64,000 nt of DNA from Octopus sinensis (GCF_006345805.1 NC_043001.1:85126001-85190000); one strand, 5' to 3'. Positions 1 to 12,366 are shown, numbered from the stretch's first letter. The notes: generated by a model not told the origin, from the letters alone. A program made the numbers and translations.

Positions 1-1303
1 TGTAGGACTAGAAAAAACTCATTTATAAATTACTCAAATTTGGTGGAAAATGTTTGGAGCAGTTTTATAATGTTGAGGAAATGCTAAAACAAATTTAGCC
101 GGGTGGGTTATCTGGAGATTAAGAGTAACGTAATAGATGTGTGCGCACGTTTGGAGTGCAAGGCGTGCTTTCATGGAAAAAGAGGAAAGATACCTTTAAA
201 TAATAAGTCATAAGTAGTAGAAAACCCGAAGGGAATAAGGACGAGAAATGAGTAAAACTCACATGGAAGAGAATTAAGTAAAACCTCTGCGGAGAATAAA
301 GTATGAACGTTAGATATGGAAATGTTAGATTCACATGGAGTTAAGGAAAATGGTGAGGTGTAGAGATGGAAACCTCTAAAGAAAACACAGCGAAGGCGGG
401 AGAGGTAGAAGACTGTAGAGATATTTGAGAGTCGCAAATGGAGGAAGAATGTGCCTAAGTGAATGAAAATACGTGTGTGTGTGTGTGAGTGTGCTTAAGT
501 GTGCGCGTATGTGTGCAGAGGTGTGTATGTGGAGCTAAATTCCTACGCATTGTGAGTCCATGTATATGTTTGTGCGTATAGCCAGAGAAAATGTAGGAAC
601 GCGTGATAGTGTGTTCGTATGCATGTGTCAAAGAGAGATGTTGTATGAACGGTGATATGTGTTGTGGTTATAAATGTGCGAAGAGTAAATATATGAGGAC
701 AGCCATGTTCCAACAACATGGTGTATGGGGGTATGTGAGACACATACATGCTTCTGGACGTGTGTGCGCCGGGGGACAAGTTGGTAAAGGAAATCAGGTT
801 TGTATATATATGTGTGTAAGTGATATGAAATTGCAAGTAAGGCGATGTACGGGAAAATGTGTTTATTTGGAAACGGTGTTGGCCTACTGAAGATACGTGT
901 GTAGCAATGAAGGTAGTGAGGGTGGTATAAACGCAGTGTTGCTAGTGAAGGAAATAGATGGGATGCAGGAAAGGGATGTGGGAAAGATGTTGGATGGAAT
1001 GGTTGGAGGATCGGAAATGTCTTCAGGTATTTAACCCAAGTTGGATGTCTCTGAGTTGCTCAACGAAGCTCAGAACCATTTAACGGCTAGTTTGCTCTTT
1101 TTGGATACACTTATAGAGAAAACATTGGAGAACAAATACAAGACTACTGGAAGTAGAGCGAAGAATATTTTCATTGTTTCAATCTAATATTTCCCTCTAT
1201 TTCTCAGAAGAATGGCTATTGTTCGATACGTTAAGACACCCTTTATTTTGAGCGCTGGTTAAAACTTGTCCTACTTGTGTTGCCTTATTTCAGTTATTGC
1301 TAC

Positions 1304-1305
<2 letters not shown>

Positions 1306-1385
<80 letters not shown>

Positions 1386-1397
1386 AACACACAAACA
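1306..1397. repeat. (CA)n microsatellite
   Basis: Direct. Confidence 0.95.
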
Positions 1398-1544
1398 TTT
1401 GAGTGTATATATTTCTTGGACTGCTGGATAAACTATTAATAGTTACGAAGTTAAAAATTATCTTTTAGCTGATCTCCGAGTTAGTAGCCTTGCTATCCAT
1501 TGTGGATATGCATAGTCTTGTTTTTACGGACATCAGAATACATG

Positions 1545-1612
<68 letters not shown>

Positions 1613-1929
1613 ATATATATATATTCCTGTTTGAAAAAGGTATTTATTCATGCTTTATTTTTACGTTGAGAAAAGTCTTAGTGATTATAATTTTCTATTC
1701 AGTAGAGAAGAAATATAACTTGTAGCCATGAATACTCAACGGGAACTAGAAAAATATTAGGTAATTGTATGAAAAAGCAGACACTTTTATAGAAAGAATA
1801 TAAATACGAACAAATTAGCGAAGGACTTATGAATATGAATAAACAGAAAAAAGAAATTGGATAGATGTAGATAAAAATTAAGAAAGTAAAAGGAGTCTAT
1901 AGGAAAACAGAAATGATAAGGAAAAGATG

Positions 1930-2150
1930 CCAGAAATTACGCACAAACTAAAAAAAAAAGAAAAAAGAAAACTAATTGTTGAAAAGCCCAACGGCTCAGT
2001 CAGTTTTTATAAGAGATCTCAACAATATATACAAATGAAGTATTTACTGCGAACGAAAAATATAGCAGGAACTAAATTGAAATATTTTGGGCATACATAT
2101 GTGAGAAAGAAAATATTTTCGATTGAGATGCTTATTGGTTACTCCACTTA
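1930..2150 (+). mobile_element. Possible RTE LINE remnant
   Basis: KLKYFGH motif typical of RTE C-terminal regions; little other support. Confidence 0.3.
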
Positions 2151-2429
2151 GAAAACTGAGTTTGCTGTTGGCTGATAACATATAAAAATAACAAAAGAGA
2201 ATTATGTTTCAGAGTAATCTGGATAATCTTAGGTTTCGAAAATGACTTGTGTTTTTTTCTTTTAATACATATGATAACAACACGTTATAATTCAGTTTAA
2301 CGGAAAATATATTAAAAGTAACAAATATCATAACATGGTGTCCTCAGTGTTTAGTGTATTGAAAACAGGATGCATGTCACCGAAAATTCTGAAAACTCTG
2401 TAAACCTTCGGAATAAAATAAAGTAGAGA

Positions 2430-2701
<272 letters not shown>

Positions 2702-2934
2702 TACTGTTGCTGGTAATGTGACTAGAAGGATATAAAGTAAAGAATCGGTTGATGTAAGGATAAGTTTCCGATAGATAAAAGATTCGGAATTACTAACTTC
2801 GAGTCTGAGACGCAAACGATCATAAAATTCTTAAAATCTTCACAATCGCGGTAAAATATGTTAAAATTCTTTCGCCAATGAATTTAGAATCATAACACTA
2901 AGTTACTTATCATATTACGATATATATTAAAGCA

Positions 2935-3146
2935 AAGGTGGTGAGCTAGCAGAGCCTCCTGCCCACCGGGTAAATAGCTTAGCAGTATTTCTCTCCTTTA
3001 GGTCCTCTGTTCAAATATTGTCAAGGTCGAGTTTGCTTTTGGTCTTTCGAAGTAAAAAAATAAGTACACGTTGAATACTGGGATGGAAGTAATCGACTAG
3101 CCTCTCCTTGAAACCGCTGGCCTTGTACAAAAATTTGAAACCAATA
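2935..3146 (+). mobile_element. SINE family A, diverged
   Basis: GGTGGTGAGCTAGCAGA head, GTTCAAAT box, GGCCTTGT..AAATTTGAAACCAATA tail. Confidence 0.7.
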
Positions 3147-3217
3147 CATATGTTGTGATAGCGAAATGAAAGAATTGTTACAGTTGCTGGACCAAATATT
3201 TATCGGTATTTTTTTAG

Positions 3218-3521
3218 TGTGGAGGCACATGGCCTAGTGGTTAGAGCAGCGGACTCTCGGTCGAGAGATCACGGGTTCGTATCTCAGACCGGGCAATGTG
3301 TGTGTTTATGAGCGAAACACCTAAGTTCCCCACGGCTAGGGCAGAAGGTAATGACGAACTTCTGGTGACTCTTTCTCCACAACATTCTCCCACGCTTTCC
3401 TCCTGCATCCTGCTGCTCACCTGCGACGGACCGGCGTCCCCATCCAGGTGGGTGACCTATACACCATGGAAACCAGGAAACCGGCCCTAAGGAGCCAGGC
3501 ATGGCTCCAGAAGGAACAAAC
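3218..3521 (+). mobile_element. tRNA-derived SINE, family C (TGTGGAGGCACATGGCCTAGTGGTTAGAGC head)
   Basis: A/B-box head; homologous to 3895-4191 and 36587-36873. Confidence 0.85.
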
Positions 3522-3626
3522 ATTTTTTTGAGTTGAGGTCGATGTCGATGCACAAAGCAAGTAAAACAGCAAAATAATATATTTGCTTGACTAATTATTG
3601 TTATCATCATCATCATCATCATTTAC

Positions 3627-3845
3627 GGCGACGAGCTGACAGAAAAGTTAGCACACCGGGCGAAATACTTAATTGTATTTCTTCTGTATATACGTTCTGA
3701 GTTCAAATTGTACCGAGGTTGATTTTACCTTTCATCCTTTCGAGGTCGGTAAATTAAGTACCAATTGTGTGCTCGAGTCGATCTAATCGACTGGCGCCCT
3801 CCCATGAAATTACTGGCCTTGTGTCTAGAGTAGAAAAGGATATAT
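3627..3845 (+). mobile_element. SINE family A
   Basis: Homologous to 51203-51438. Confidence 0.8.
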
Positions 3846-3894
3846 TTGCTTCCGTAAAACACTCTTTATTCACCTTTCTATAGTAATCGACGTA

Positions 3895-4191
3895 TTTGTT
3901 CCTTCTCGGGTCATGCCTGGCTCATTAGGGCCGGTTTCCCAGATTCCTTGGCGTGTAGGTTCCCCACCTACATGCCAGTCCGTCGCAGGTGAGCTAAAAG
4001 ATGCAGGAGGAAAGAGTGAGAGAATGTTGTGGCGAAAGAGTAAGCAGAAGTTCGCCATTACCATCTACAGGAGCCGCGTGGAGCTTAATTGTTTCGCTCA
4101 TAAACACACACAACGCTTGGTCTGAGATTCGAACCCATGATCCCAGGACCGCGAGTCCGCTGCTCTAACCACTAGGTCATATGCCTCCACA
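3895..4191 (-). mobile_element. tRNA-derived SINE, family C
   Basis: Full-length reverse copy of 3218-3521. Confidence 0.85.
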
Positions 4192-4551
4192 ACTGACGTA
4201 TTTAATATATTGTAAATAGTGTTCAATAGACAGCAGGTACGTTCATTGCATCACACGACGTTTTATCATTTGAAAATGGTTTGCTATTGCACTGGTCTAG
4301 CATCGGACATAAGTTGCTGGTCGTGTTAGTGAATGCTATGCACAAACAGATCTTCCATATTATACTGCGTTTTCTCCTAGTAGAGGTCATCAATATTAGA
4401 TCGGAATTTGTTAGATATATTGTGTAAATTCTAACATTTTCTTGTAATTAACCAACTCTATAGTTAATTTTGCAGTCGTCAGGGTTAATGTATGAAATAT
4501 TGGTAACAGCGAAATATTGGTATCGAAGTTTGGCACTAGAGCACTAATTTT

Positions 4552-7500
4552 CGGCAATCTCCGGTAATTTCCGGAAATCTCCAGTAATTTCCGGTAATTT
4601 CCGGCAATTTCCGGTTAACTCCGGGAATTTCCGGCAAACTCCGGCAAATTCCGGTAATCTCCGGCAAATTGCGACCAATTCCGCGTAATTTCCGGATATT
4701 TCCGGTAATTTAAGGCAAACTCCGGCAAATTACTGTAATCTCCGGCGATTTAGGGTAAATCCCGGTAAATTCCGGCAAATTGCGCTAAAGTCCGGCAAAT
4801 TCAGGTAATCTTCGGCAATTTTTCAATAATTTTAGGGAAAAAGTTTCAAAATGTTTCGGGGAAAATTTTCAATAATTTTCGGGGAAAATTTTCAAAAATT
4901 TTTAGGGAAATTTTCAAAAAGTTTTGGGAAAAATTTTGAAAAATTTTTAGAGGAAAATTTTCAAAAATCTTTGGGAAAAATTTTGAAAAGTTTTTGGGGA
5001 AAATTTAGAAAAATTGTTGGGAAAAAGTTTGAAGAATTTTGGGGAAAAATTTTCAAAAACACTTAGGAAAATTTTCAAAAATTTGGAGGCAATCTTCGGA
5101 TATCTCCGGCTATCTCTGAAAATCTTCGACCATTTCCTGTAATTCCTGGCTATTTCGGGCAATTTCCGGTAATTTCCGGCCGTCTCCGGCAATTTCAGGT
5201 AATTTTCGGAAATCCCCGGTAATTTCCGGTAATCTCCGGCAAATAAGAAAAAAAAATTTTTAATTTTTGGGAAATTCTGAAAAATTTTCAAACATTCTTG
5301 GGAAAAATTCTGAAAAAATTTTGGGAAAAATTTAAAAAATTTTTAGGGAAAATTTTAAAAAACGTTTGCGAAAGACTTGTGAAGAAGTTTTGGGAAAAAT
5401 TTTCAAAATTTCTTGGCGAAAATTTTCAAAAAGATTTGGGAAAAATTTTCAAAAGTTTTTGGGCAAAATTTTCAAAAACTTTTGGAAAAGATTTTCGAAA
5501 ATTTTTGGGCAAACTTTTGAAATATTTTTGAGAAAAATTTTCAAGAATTTGGGAAAAAAAATTTCAAAAATACTTGGGAAAGATTTTGAAAAATTTTAGA
5601 AAAAACTTTCGAAAATTTTAAGGGAAAATTTTCATGAATTTTGGGAAATAACTTTTGGGGAAAAATTCTGGAAAAGTTTTACAAAAATTTTCAAAAATTC
5701 TTTGGAAAAATTTGGAAAAATTCTTGGAAAAAATTTTGAAAAATTTGGGGATAAATTTTCAAAGAATTTGGGAAAAATTGTCAAAACTTTTTGGGAAAAA
5801 TTTTCAAACATTTCTGGGAAAAATTTTGAAAACATTTTGGGAAAAACTCTGGAAAAGTTTTGGGAAAAATTTTCAAAAATTCTTGGAAAAATTTTCAATA
5901 CTTGGGGAAAATTTTAAAATTTTTCTGAAAAATTTTCAAATGTTTTTGAGAAAAATTTTCAAAAATATTTGGGGAAAATTAAAAAAAATTTCGGGGGTAA
6001 AATTTTGAAAAATTTCGGGGTTAAAATTTTAAACAATTTCGGGGGTAAAATTTTAAAAAATTTCGGGGCGAAAATTTTGAAAAATTTTTGGGAAGCATTT
6101 TAGAAACTCTTTGGGAAAAATTCTCAAAAATTTTTGAGAAAAATTCTGAAAAATTTTGGGGAAAAATTTCGTTGGGAAGGATATTCAAAAATTTCTGTGG
6201 AAAAATTTTGAAAAATTTTTGGGAAGCATTTTGAAAAATCTTTGGGAAAAATTCTCATAAATTTTTGAGAAAAATTCTGAGAAATTTTTGGGAAAAATTT
6301 TGAAAAATTTTGGTATAAATTTTCAACAATTTTGGACAAAATTTTCAAATATTTTTAGGGAATTGCCTCCAAAATTTTGGGGGAAAATTTTTGAAAAATT
6401 TCAAAATTTTCCTTAACAATTTTTGAAAATTTACCCTCATAATTTTTGAAAATTTTTCCAAACAATTCTTGAAAATTTTTCCGAAAAATTTTTCAAAAGT
6501 TACCCCAAAAATTTTGGAGGCAATCTCCGGATATCATCGGCTATTTTCGTCAATCTCCGGTAATTTCCGACAATTTCCAGCAATCATCGACAATTTCCGG
6601 CAATATCCGACAAACTTAGGCAATCTCCCTCAATTTCTGGTAATTTCCGACAATTTCTGCTAATTTCCGGTAATCTCCGGCAGCTTCCGTCAATCTCCGG
6701 CAAATTCCTGTAATTTCCGGTAAATTCCGGCAAATTGCGCTAAATTCCGGCAAATTCTGGTAATCTCCGACAACTTATCACTAATTTTGGGGAAAAAGTT
6801 TTAAAAATCTTGTGGGAAAATTTTCAAGATTTTATGGGGAAAGTTTTCAAAAATTTGTAGGGAAAATTTTTGAAAATTTTCGAGAAAAATTTTGAAAAAA
6901 TTTTGGAAAAATTTTGAAAAATTTTCGGGAAAAATTTTGTAAAATTTTTGGGGAAGATTTTGAAAAATTTTTGGGACAAATTTTAAAAAACTCTTGGGAA
7001 AATTTTCAAAAATTTTGGAAGCAATATCCGGATATCTCCGGCTACGGCCATTTCCGGTAATTTCCGGCAATTTTTCAATAATTTTGGGGAAATAGTTTCA
7101 AAAATTTCTGGAGAAAATTTTCAATAATTTTTGTGGAAAATTTTCAAGAACTTTTCGGGAAAATTTTCAAAAATTTCTGGGAAAAAGTTTCAAAAATTTT
7201 TGGTGAAAATTTTGAAAAATTTCTGGGAAAAATTTTGGAAAAGTTTTGGGAAAAATTTTTAAGAATTTTGGAAGCGATCTCCGGATATCTCTGGCTATCT
7301 CCGGCAATCTTTGGCCATTTCCGGTAATTTCTGGCTATTTCCGGCAATTTCCGGCAATTTCCGGCAATTTCCGGCAACTTCCGGAAATCACCGGAAATTT
7401 CCGGAAATTTCTGGTAATTTGCGTCAATCTCCGGTAATCTCCGGCAATTTTTCAATAATTTTTGGGAAAAATTTTCATAAATTTTCGGAGAAAATTTTCA

Positions 7501-7611
7501 AGAATTTATGGGAAAAATTAAAAAAAATTTTGGGGAAACATTTCGAAGAATTTTTGGGTATAATTTATGGGAAAAATTTTCAAAAGTTTTTGGAAAAAAT
7601 TTTCGAAAATT
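4552..7611. repeat. Composite satellite of alternating ~10-bp (AATTTCCGGY) and ~21-22-bp (GGGAAAATTTTCAAAAATTTTT) blocks
   Basis: About ten alternating blocks visible; recurrent junction motif TTGGARGCRATCTYCGGATATCTCYGGCTA near 5085, 6514, 7015 and 7268. Confidence 0.92.
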
Positions 7612-7933
7612 GCTAACCTTTCTGCCATTCGCCGCCTTAACTCGACCAGATATTGGGGAGTAATACTCGTTTGCTATAATCTTCGTTAGAAAGTATCATT
7701 GCATTGTAGTTTTGGACTAATGGTGCTACTGAATATGAATGGTATAAGGTTTTGTGTTTGTTTCTGTGTATGTATATATATATTAATATGTGTGTGTGTG
7801 TGTGTGTGTGTATACGAATGTGTATGTCTATACATACGTGCTATCTCCAACCATCGCACTCCCTCCTATATTACTGTAACGAGCAGATGTCTTCTTACAT
7901 TTAAGATGATATAGTAGCTTTCTGAATTCGTAT

Positions 7934-7939
7934 ATAATA

Positions 7940-8015
<76 letters not shown>

Positions 8016-8017
8016 TA

Positions 8018-8050
<33 letters not shown>

Positions 8051-8105
8051 TATTATTATTATTATTATTGTTGTTGTTGTTGTTGTTATTATTATCATTA
8101 TTATT
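7934..8105. repeat. (AAT)n followed by (ATT)n and (GTT)n
   Basis: Direct; strand switch at ~8014/8015. Confidence 0.95.
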
Positions 8106-9116
8106 AATAGTATTATCATTAATACGGTGAAAGAGAGAGCGAGAGTGTGTGTGTGTGTGTGAGCATGTGTGTGTATGTGTGTGTGTGTACGTGCGTGTGT
8201 GTGTTCGTGCGTGTGTGTATAAATGTGAGTATCTGGTTGTGCGTATAAGTTTTTTGAAGCGGTTGTGTGCTTTGCAGGATGTGCTGAAACAATAAAAATG
8301 ACTGTGATGTTACACGTTAAAAATAGCTGCAGCAACATATCATTCGTATCTCCATGTAGACAGATGACAGCCGTCTGGCAAGATAATGACACATGTAAAC
8401 ACCATTTATACTGATATGACTCAACCAAAAATTGATAAATAATCTCATTCTCTCAGTGAAGGCTAGTTTATAGCGTTTTTAAAACAGCAGCTAACACATT
8501 CTGTAATAAACGAGTTGTTAAATGGATAACCATGCCTGATTGTCTGGAATTATGAGCGAGCTGTTTCTAAACCTAGTTACAAGCTGGTGGGCGCCAAATA
8601 ATTAATTATTTCACTGAGTATTTAGATTTACTTTAGCTATTTTGCAGATTATTAGGTAATACATTTTGTAATGAATTGATGAATGCCGAAAATCAGACAT
8701 TAACTGTATCAAGTAACTCACAAAAATTGAAACCCAATGTCAGATGCATAAAGTATATAACTATTGTGCACCTAAGTTATCAGATATCGGTTGGATGTTT
8801 TTGACTTTTAATTCCGCCATAAAAGTGTTGTGTACTGTTTCAATAAGTGTTTTATTTGGTGATATTTAGAAATAGAGATGTAAGTTAATAAAAACTGATA
8901 TGTCGTATCAAGTATTAGATACTTAATTCTAGGTTTCTTTTACATAACGAATGCATATCTTGCGTAGTTCTGTTCACAGCTTTTGGAAAATATAGTTAGT
9001 TGCATCATGCAGACTTTGTCACAATACACTATGAAATCAGAAATGTCAAGATATATTACTAATACTCAAATTATATGTATGTACACACACACACACACGC
9101 GCGCGCATGTACACAG

Positions 9117-9245
9117 GCTTATGCGTGGCTGTTTGGTAAGAAGCTTACTTCTCAAACACATGGTTCCGGGTTCAGTCCCACTGTCTTGCACTTTGGGCAA
9201 GTGTTTTTTGCAAGTGGACGGAAACTGAGAGAAGCCCGTTTTGTA
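9117..9245 (+). mobile_element. SINE family B head fragment
   Basis: ACATGGTTCCGGGTTCAGTCCCACTG..TTGGGCAAGTG. Confidence 0.75.
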
Positions 9246-9478
9246 TATACATATTAATCAATATAAGGGTAGCAAAAAATTCAATAGAAATTTTTTTCGC
9301 CACCAGCGGTCCAGTGAGAAAGAGAAAATAGTCATAGACTATATATATATAAATTCAACAATATAAAGGAATGGCCCTGGTAGGCCATTCGTCTCACCAG
9401 AAAGAGCAGCCATACTCAAACCGCTAAATGGTAGTAATTCAGAAATCAAAGGAAAATCAAAAACATTTACCTTAATCA

Positions 9479-9586
9479 TACTTGGACAATGCATTGTTTC
9501 GACGTAATTTATGGCAAACCAGCCTAATTAAATAAAATTAAATTTAATCAAGTCAATCTACCACTGGCTCGTCTCATCGGCAAGGA
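9479..9586 (-). ncRNA. Opposite-strand copy of the CCGAUGA hammerhead (left arm)
   Basis: Same elements on the minus strand; stem I has one mismatch (CAAGUA). Confidence 0.65.
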
Positions 9587-9605
9587 AGTCAGGAGGAATA
9601 AATAT

Positions 9606-9713
9606 TCCTTGCCGATGAGACGAGCCAGTGGTAGATTGACTTGATTAAATTTAATTTAATTTAATTAGGCTGGTTTGCCATAAAGTACGTCGAAACAATG
9701 CATTGTCCAAGGA
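9606..9713 (+). ncRNA. Type I hammerhead ribozyme with variant core CCGAUGA (right arm of palindrome)
   Basis: Stem I TCCTTG/CAAGGA; core CCGAUGA; stem II GACG/CGUC with a long insert; GAAAC; palindromic stem III ACAAUGCAUUGU; GUC triplet (cut after 9707). Confidence 0.75.
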
Positions 9714-9969
9714 TGATTAAGTAAATGTTTTTGATTTTCCTTTGATTTCTGAATTACTACTATTTAGCGGTTTGAGTATGGCTGCTCTGGTGAGACGAAT
9801 GGCCTACCAGGGCCATTCCTTTATATTGTTGAATTTATATATATATATATACGTGTGTGTGTGAAGTGTGAATACTGCAATAGAGCAAAAATATGTTCCA
9901 GGCGTTATTAGAGAACAAAAGATCGATTCCTAAGTGAAATATCTTGAATTAACAGCAAATATCTTTCAA

Positions 9970-10088
9970 TGTTGTTGTTGTTATTATTATTATTATTATC
10001 ATTATTATCATTTAGGTCCCTGCCTGGAATCGAACTCGGAATCTTTGGTTTAGTAGCCCGCGTTTTTAACCACTACGCCATATGCCCG
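9970..10088 (-). mobile_element. Short tRNA-only SINE or tRNA retropseudogene with (AAT)n tail
   Basis: Minus strand: TGGCGTAGTGG A box, GAGTTCGATTCC B box, ~75 nt then (AAT)n; acceptor stem does not pair. Confidence 0.65.
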
Positions 10089-10157
10089 TGAGCATAATGA
10101 TAATAATATAGAATAAAAAAAAAAGGAATGAGAACCCAGGTTCGAAATGTCCCCAAG

Positions 10158-10200
10158 ACACCTAGTAAAGGGTGGAAAGTATATAAGCCGAAACGTTGTG
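10158..10200 (+). ncRNA. Decayed hammerhead-like motif
   Basis: CAC-CUAGUAA(degenerate core)...AGCC-GAAAC-GUU-GUG; helix I and III layout retained, core lost. Confidence 0.3.
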
Positions 10201-10555
10201 CTCACATCAAACAAAATGAGGACAAATATCCGTCAAATGTAAATAATGTAAATATTACTTCTGGTTAAATATAAATTTTTGGGACATTGCTTCAATTTCA
10301 AAATCGTTATCATCATTCCAATTAACAGTAGGACAGTGATATTATTGAATCGATAAAACTTATATTTGACATTCATTATTTATATATAATTAACATCTAA
10401 AACCTACCGTTGCGGACTTTACATCACGCTGGAGTATACTACTACGTCTACAACTTCATCAGGAGCAATGTTGAATTATGTCTTTCCAATGCTTTAACGA
10501 TACACATAATGAACGTATCTATGTAATGACCTATGTTTACAATTATATATAAGGT

Positions 10556-10750
10556 GTTAACGTGCCGGAGAAAATGCTTAGTAACATTCGTTACGGCCTC
10601 AGGCTGTGAGTTCAAATGCTGCTGAGGTCCACTCTGCTTGTCATCCTTTCGGAAACAATAATATAAGTACCAGTTGAGAATTAGCGTCAATTTCATAAAC
10701 CTACCCCTATCCCTAAAATTATTGGCCTTGTGTCAAAATTTGATATCATC
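10556..10750 (+). mobile_element. SINE family A, diverged
   Basis: GAGTTCAAAT..GAGGTC..CATCCTTTCGG..AAGTACCAGTT core; family A tail. Confidence 0.7.
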
Positions 10751-10851
10751 TTTATTACTGCCATTAAAACTGCTTTTGTTGCTGTAGCTTCAGCACTCCT
10801 ACTATTGTTAATTGTAATTCTTCCTGTGATGATGGCGACGGTCATATTTGC

Positions 10852-10896
<45 letters not shown>

Positions 10897-11879
10897 GACA
10901 ATAAACCGAAATTACACAAGTAGAATAACAAATCACCGTAAGAAACAATTAGGAAAAAATATAATTTTTTTATACGTACACATATATACACATAGATGTG
11001 TGTGTTTGTGCTTATATATGTATATGAAGAGAGAAAGAGTGGGGAGGAAAAGCGCAGAGGCATAACAAATAGAGGATAAACTCATACCAACAAAAATCTA
11101 TAAATATAAATATAAAGCAAACAGAAAGAAACAAGAAAAAAACTCATCAAAAATAACAAATAATGAACTAACGGTAGCAGCGGGTGGGGGGAATGACACA
11201 GTAGAAGTCTCTAGTTTCGGAATGACAAACAATACAAGCGGAGTGCAAAAGAGGAAAAACAACAAAATCAATAACAATGCCTAGTGTTCAAAAAATAGTA
11301 AAGACAAAAAAATACATATGAAGAAACCACTGAAAAATTAAACCCAAGCCTAAACCAGTGAAATAACATATTGAAAAGGAAAATAAAAAAATAAATAAAA
11401 ATGAAAGTAAAACTAAAGAAGCACTGGAAAATTAAATAATTATGATATTTTAATGGTTCTTTATTCAAGAAAAAAATATTCTAAAGCAAAGAAGACTTTG
11501 AAAACATTATTTAGATTTCGTTTTGATTTATTTTTTGTACTTTGTAATGATTAGATGATTTTTTTTTTAGTTCATTCTCATCAGATATGTATTGGTTCGT
11601 GCAAAGTAAATGATGTTAAAATATATTTCACTGTGAAATACACTGGAGTCTTTAGACAACGGCCTTATATTATGTTTTCGTTCTGCTGTTGTTTGATCTC
11701 AGAGATTTTCCAGCCATGACCATCGCATCATATTTTCAAATAATGTGTCGCCTAATTTCTATGAAAATTGGGTTGAATTTGAAGAGATTTTAGCAACTAT
11801 TCCTTGCTGGTCAAGCAAGAACGCAGAGACATTATCGGAGGTACCACTGTCGTATATATTTATACGTCAAAAATGAATA

Positions 11880-12100
11880 CAGTGTTGAGAGTATTTAAAT
11901 TATGTTATTTAGAGCAATTTTTCTCCAGCCAAGTTCCTCTGAGACAACATTGAATACTTGTACAGTGTGGGGACGGCCATAATCATGAGGAAGAAATGAT
12001 CCCTTCCTTAAGGGTGGGTGGTTTTTCGTTCCTTTCGACTTTGTTAGCCAAAAGTTTGACTCGGATCATATTAGCGGAAAAACCATGATGCACACATGCA
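11880..12100 (-). mobile_element. Mariner transposase remnant
   Basis: Minus-strand HDYGRPHTVQ...EELGW resembles the mariner HDNARPH...LGW block. Confidence 0.55.
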
Positions 12101-12229
12101 TGTACACATACGCACATTCACACACTTACACACTCACGCGCATATTCACTCTCACACAAACACGCGCATAGATAGGACATATAATGTATAGAACCACACG
12201 TACACTGACACAGAGGAGATACACACACA

Positions 12230-12294
12230 CACATATATATATATCCCTTCACATATATATGAATATACAGATAGGTATATTTGCATATATATAT

Positions 12295-12336
<42 letters not shown>

Positions 12337-12366
12337 CATATATATATATTTGTATATATATGTATA

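Larger units (their letters stand above)
9340..9851. repeat. ~510-bp near-perfect palindrome (arms ~248 bp, 17-nt spacer 9588-9604) flanked by (TA)n
   Basis: Direct comparison of the arms shows about 6 differences (substitutions and two small indels). Confidence 0.95.

Noticed and set aside
1-1300. Possible decayed Penelope-related sequence
   Set aside because: Only a vague EQLRDIQLGLN similarity; no diagnostic motif.
3218-3295. tRNA-like sequences at SINE heads (also 10015-10088, 26135, 36800)
   Set aside because: A/B boxes are present but acceptor stems do not pair and they continue into SINE bodies or tails; not called tRNA genes.
4851-7616. Many 60-117 aa ORFs rich in F/K/N/G on both strands
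   Set aside because: Translation of the ~21-bp and ~10-bp satellite units; no protein-like features.
10410-10470. Minus-strand CUGAUGA with partial stem II
   Set aside because: No GAAA or helix III; at best a heavily decayed hammerhead.
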